A stretch of DNA of 10,287 bases from the NCBI GenBank assembly GCA_030141605.1, contig JAQGDQ010002078.1:1-10287 (forward strand). The letters are read 5' to 3'. Origin of the DNA: Tubiluchus corallicola (lineage: Eukaryota > Animalia > Priapulida). The notes below the pieces were generated by a model. It did no database searches. It had not been told where the DNA came from and worked only from the letters and a program-made list of their open reading frames with translations. The translations under genes were made by a program, and so were the position numbers. Below, one piece after another: positions 8,461 to 10,287 of this stretch. The stretch's first letter is position 1; the number at the start of each line of letters is the position of its first letter.

Positions 8461-9106
8461 AATAGGTCCCATAGTACACCTTTCCCCTTTAAAAAGCTTT
8501 ACAGTTCGATACACCCAGCTAGTAGTGTTTAACAGCCTGTTTTGACTAGAAAATCGGTTCATATCAAACATAGACAGATCGAGTGTTAAAAACTGCGTCT
8601 CATAAAGTATGCTACTGCCTTTTCTTAGTTCGCTATTTAGATCTGTCAGTCGTTCAGCTTCTAGAGGTGGCAACTGGCCCTCAGGCCAGTTACTTTCATT
8701 TTCTTTGAGAAAGTGCGGACCCTGTAGCCAGAACGAATCTATTTTACTGACACCTGACCTAGTTGCGCCATCAGCAGGGTTCGATTGAGACGGAATGTAT
8801 CGAAACTGAGTGTGAACCTGCTTTCGAATCTCACAAATTCGATTTTCGACGAACACCGACAACTGTTTAGGAGTTTGCAACCAATAAAGTGCGCATAACG
8901 AATCCGTAAATATTATACGCCTGGTTATGTTCACATGTAGCTGGGTTTCTACAAAATGTAAAGCTCTCACTTCAGTCAAAAAACAGCAAGCAGATCTAAT
9001 CTAGGAATCGAAATATTTTTCCTGCAAGGCGCGTTTTAGCAAAAATTAAGTTGACAGCACAAAAATCAGATTTTGTGTTAGTCTCTCTTAAATGAACCAC
9101 TGTGCC
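8461..9106 (-). pseudogene. BEL/Pao RNase H region, N-terminally truncated and frameshifted
   Basis: GTVVHLR...LIFAKTRLA / ISIPRLDLLA / FTDSLCALYWL...FVENR...NPADGATR...WLQGPHFL. The first catalytic (F-x-DAS) motif is absent. Confidence 0.88.
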
Positions 9107-9109
9107 CTA

Positions 9110-9666
9110 TCATTGCCCTATCGACCCAACCGAAGCTCCCGTAGTCAGGTAATTAATTAATCAAAGCAATCAAAGCGAGTGTACTGTGAAAGTTATTTGT
9201 GAAGTTGAAATTGAACACTGGTAGAAACAACTAAACACTAGATTGCATGTTTGCACAAAAACTGAAACACTTTTATTGCACTAAATACACAGTAAAATGC
9301 ACAAGTAAAATGAAGATCACAACTGCTGCACAGAGAGGCAGAGAGACAGTGTGAGTGTGTGACAGAGAGACAGTGTGTCCCATGAGTTGTACGACTGCAC
9401 TGCCTGAGACAGAGAGTGACTAGCAGTGAAATCTAGCCAGTTTATATAGGTAGAGAAGTATGCAAGAACTTGGCTTCACATATCCCATTACAGTGAAAAT
9501 AGGGGAGATACAGTGAGTTTGAATATTCACTGGACCGAACAATTGTATTAAGGGGTGAATTGAACTAGTAAATGTTAAAGTAACTAATCAAGAGATGGCA
9601 GCACCTAAAATATACAGTTACAACTTTCACATGTACTTTATATAGTTATCGAGGGTTACGATAACA
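9110..9666 (-). mobile_element. LTR-like insertion of an unrelated retrotransposon (solo or truncated LTR) within BEL pol
   Basis: Non-coding block where pol homology stops. On - it begins TGTTAT at 9666, then has TATATAAA (9448-9441), a CT-rich tract and AATAAA (9277-9272) in U3-R-U5 order. By eye it does not resemble the 6487-7047 LTR. Confidence 0.7.
9441..9448 (-). promoter_or_regulatory. TATA box of the inserted LTR
   Basis: CCTATATAAA on -, with a TAGTCACTC initiator-like sequence about 25 bp downstream. Confidence 0.55.
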
Positions 9667-10286
9667 ATACTATGTAAAAAATCTGCGTCATTCGACCCCC
9701 ATTCTCTAAGGTTGAAGCCTGCCGACGAAAACAATAGTTTACTCTGACTGTAAAGAACTTTGGCTTCATCTAGAGTGGGAGTTCCTGAAATAAAGTTGTC
9801 GACATAAATGTCGCGCAAAATTTGTTTAGCTACAGGAAATTCTGTTTCTTTTTGTTTAAGATGATGACTCACTGTACCTGAGAGCAAAAAAGGGCTACTA
9901 ATAGCTTCAAAAATGACTCGACAGAAGCGAAATATTTGCAAATTACCAGGATCCGACGGGGGTTTGTTGACATTTTTTACCCACAGAAATCTCGTGACGT
10001 CTCTATCTTCGTAATTTAGACCAACGTTTAAAAACGCTTTTTCTATGTCGCTTACAATGCCTATTAAATGTAAGCGAAACCGCAACAACAAGCCGCATAA
10101 ATCAGGAAGTAGCAATGGTCCCCTGTACAGGCACTCATTGAGTGAAGGACTGCTTTTGTTTGCTTTACATGAAGCATTGTACACAATTCGTAATTTTGTG
10201 CTTTTCTCAGGTGTGACAATACAATGATGGGGAATATAGTGTTTAATAGGACCTTCGGGAGACTCTGGAGTCACAACTTCTACGAT
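9667..10286 (-). pseudogene. BEL/Pao reverse transcriptase domain (open to the window edge, cut by the insertion)
   Basis: ORF 9627..10274: DIEKAFL, DRDVTRFLW, SSPFLL, IYVDNF, FNLREW. Its last ~12 codons run into the inserted sequence. Confidence 0.93.
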
Positions 10287-10287
10287 T

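Larger units (their letters stand above)
6487..10287 (-). mobile_element. Decayed BEL/Pao LTR retrotransposon (3' part; continues beyond the window)
   Basis: RT, RNase H and integrase order on -, with BEL/Pao-typical motifs (HYIPHH, KLRIVYNAS, SLNECLYRGP, DIEKAF, YVDN, IPRLDL, FVENR, NPAD, LTPSHFL, PRGQWKVG). A purine tract and candidate LTR follow. Confidence 0.93.

Noticed and set aside
9130-9155. TTACCTG on - resembling the U1 snRNA 5' end
   Set aside because: Similarity is limited to about 7 nt and does not extend to the U1 body.
7958-10227. Plus-strand ORFs 7958..8206 and 10045..10227
   Set aside because: Antisense shadows of BEL integrase and RT.

Overview
AT-rich eukaryotic (probably animal) DNA made almost entirely of nested retroelements. 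I can support no host gene, RNA gene or CRISPR array. From left to right: (1) a young CR1-group (CR1/L2/Crack-like) LINE on + with a single PHD finger-APE endonuclease-reverse transcriptase frame, broken only by one frameshift (~1523-1526) and one TAG (1690-1692), then a structured 3' UTR and a duplicated tail. (2) A second, much more decayed CR1-group LINE on +, joined head-to-tail at ~4290 and missing the C-terminal part of its RT. (3) A ~102-bp tandem duplication with an adjacent 19-bp inverted repeat. (4) A decayed BEL/Pao LTR retrotransposon on - (RT, RNase H, integrase, polypurine tract, candidate 561-bp 3' LTR), whose pol is interrupted by an unrelated ~560-bp LTR-like insert. I did not find a convincingly new biological system. 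The best follow-up leads are the PHD-fused frame with no upstream ATG or ORF1, the LINE-LINE junction, and the LTR insert with its deletion scar.
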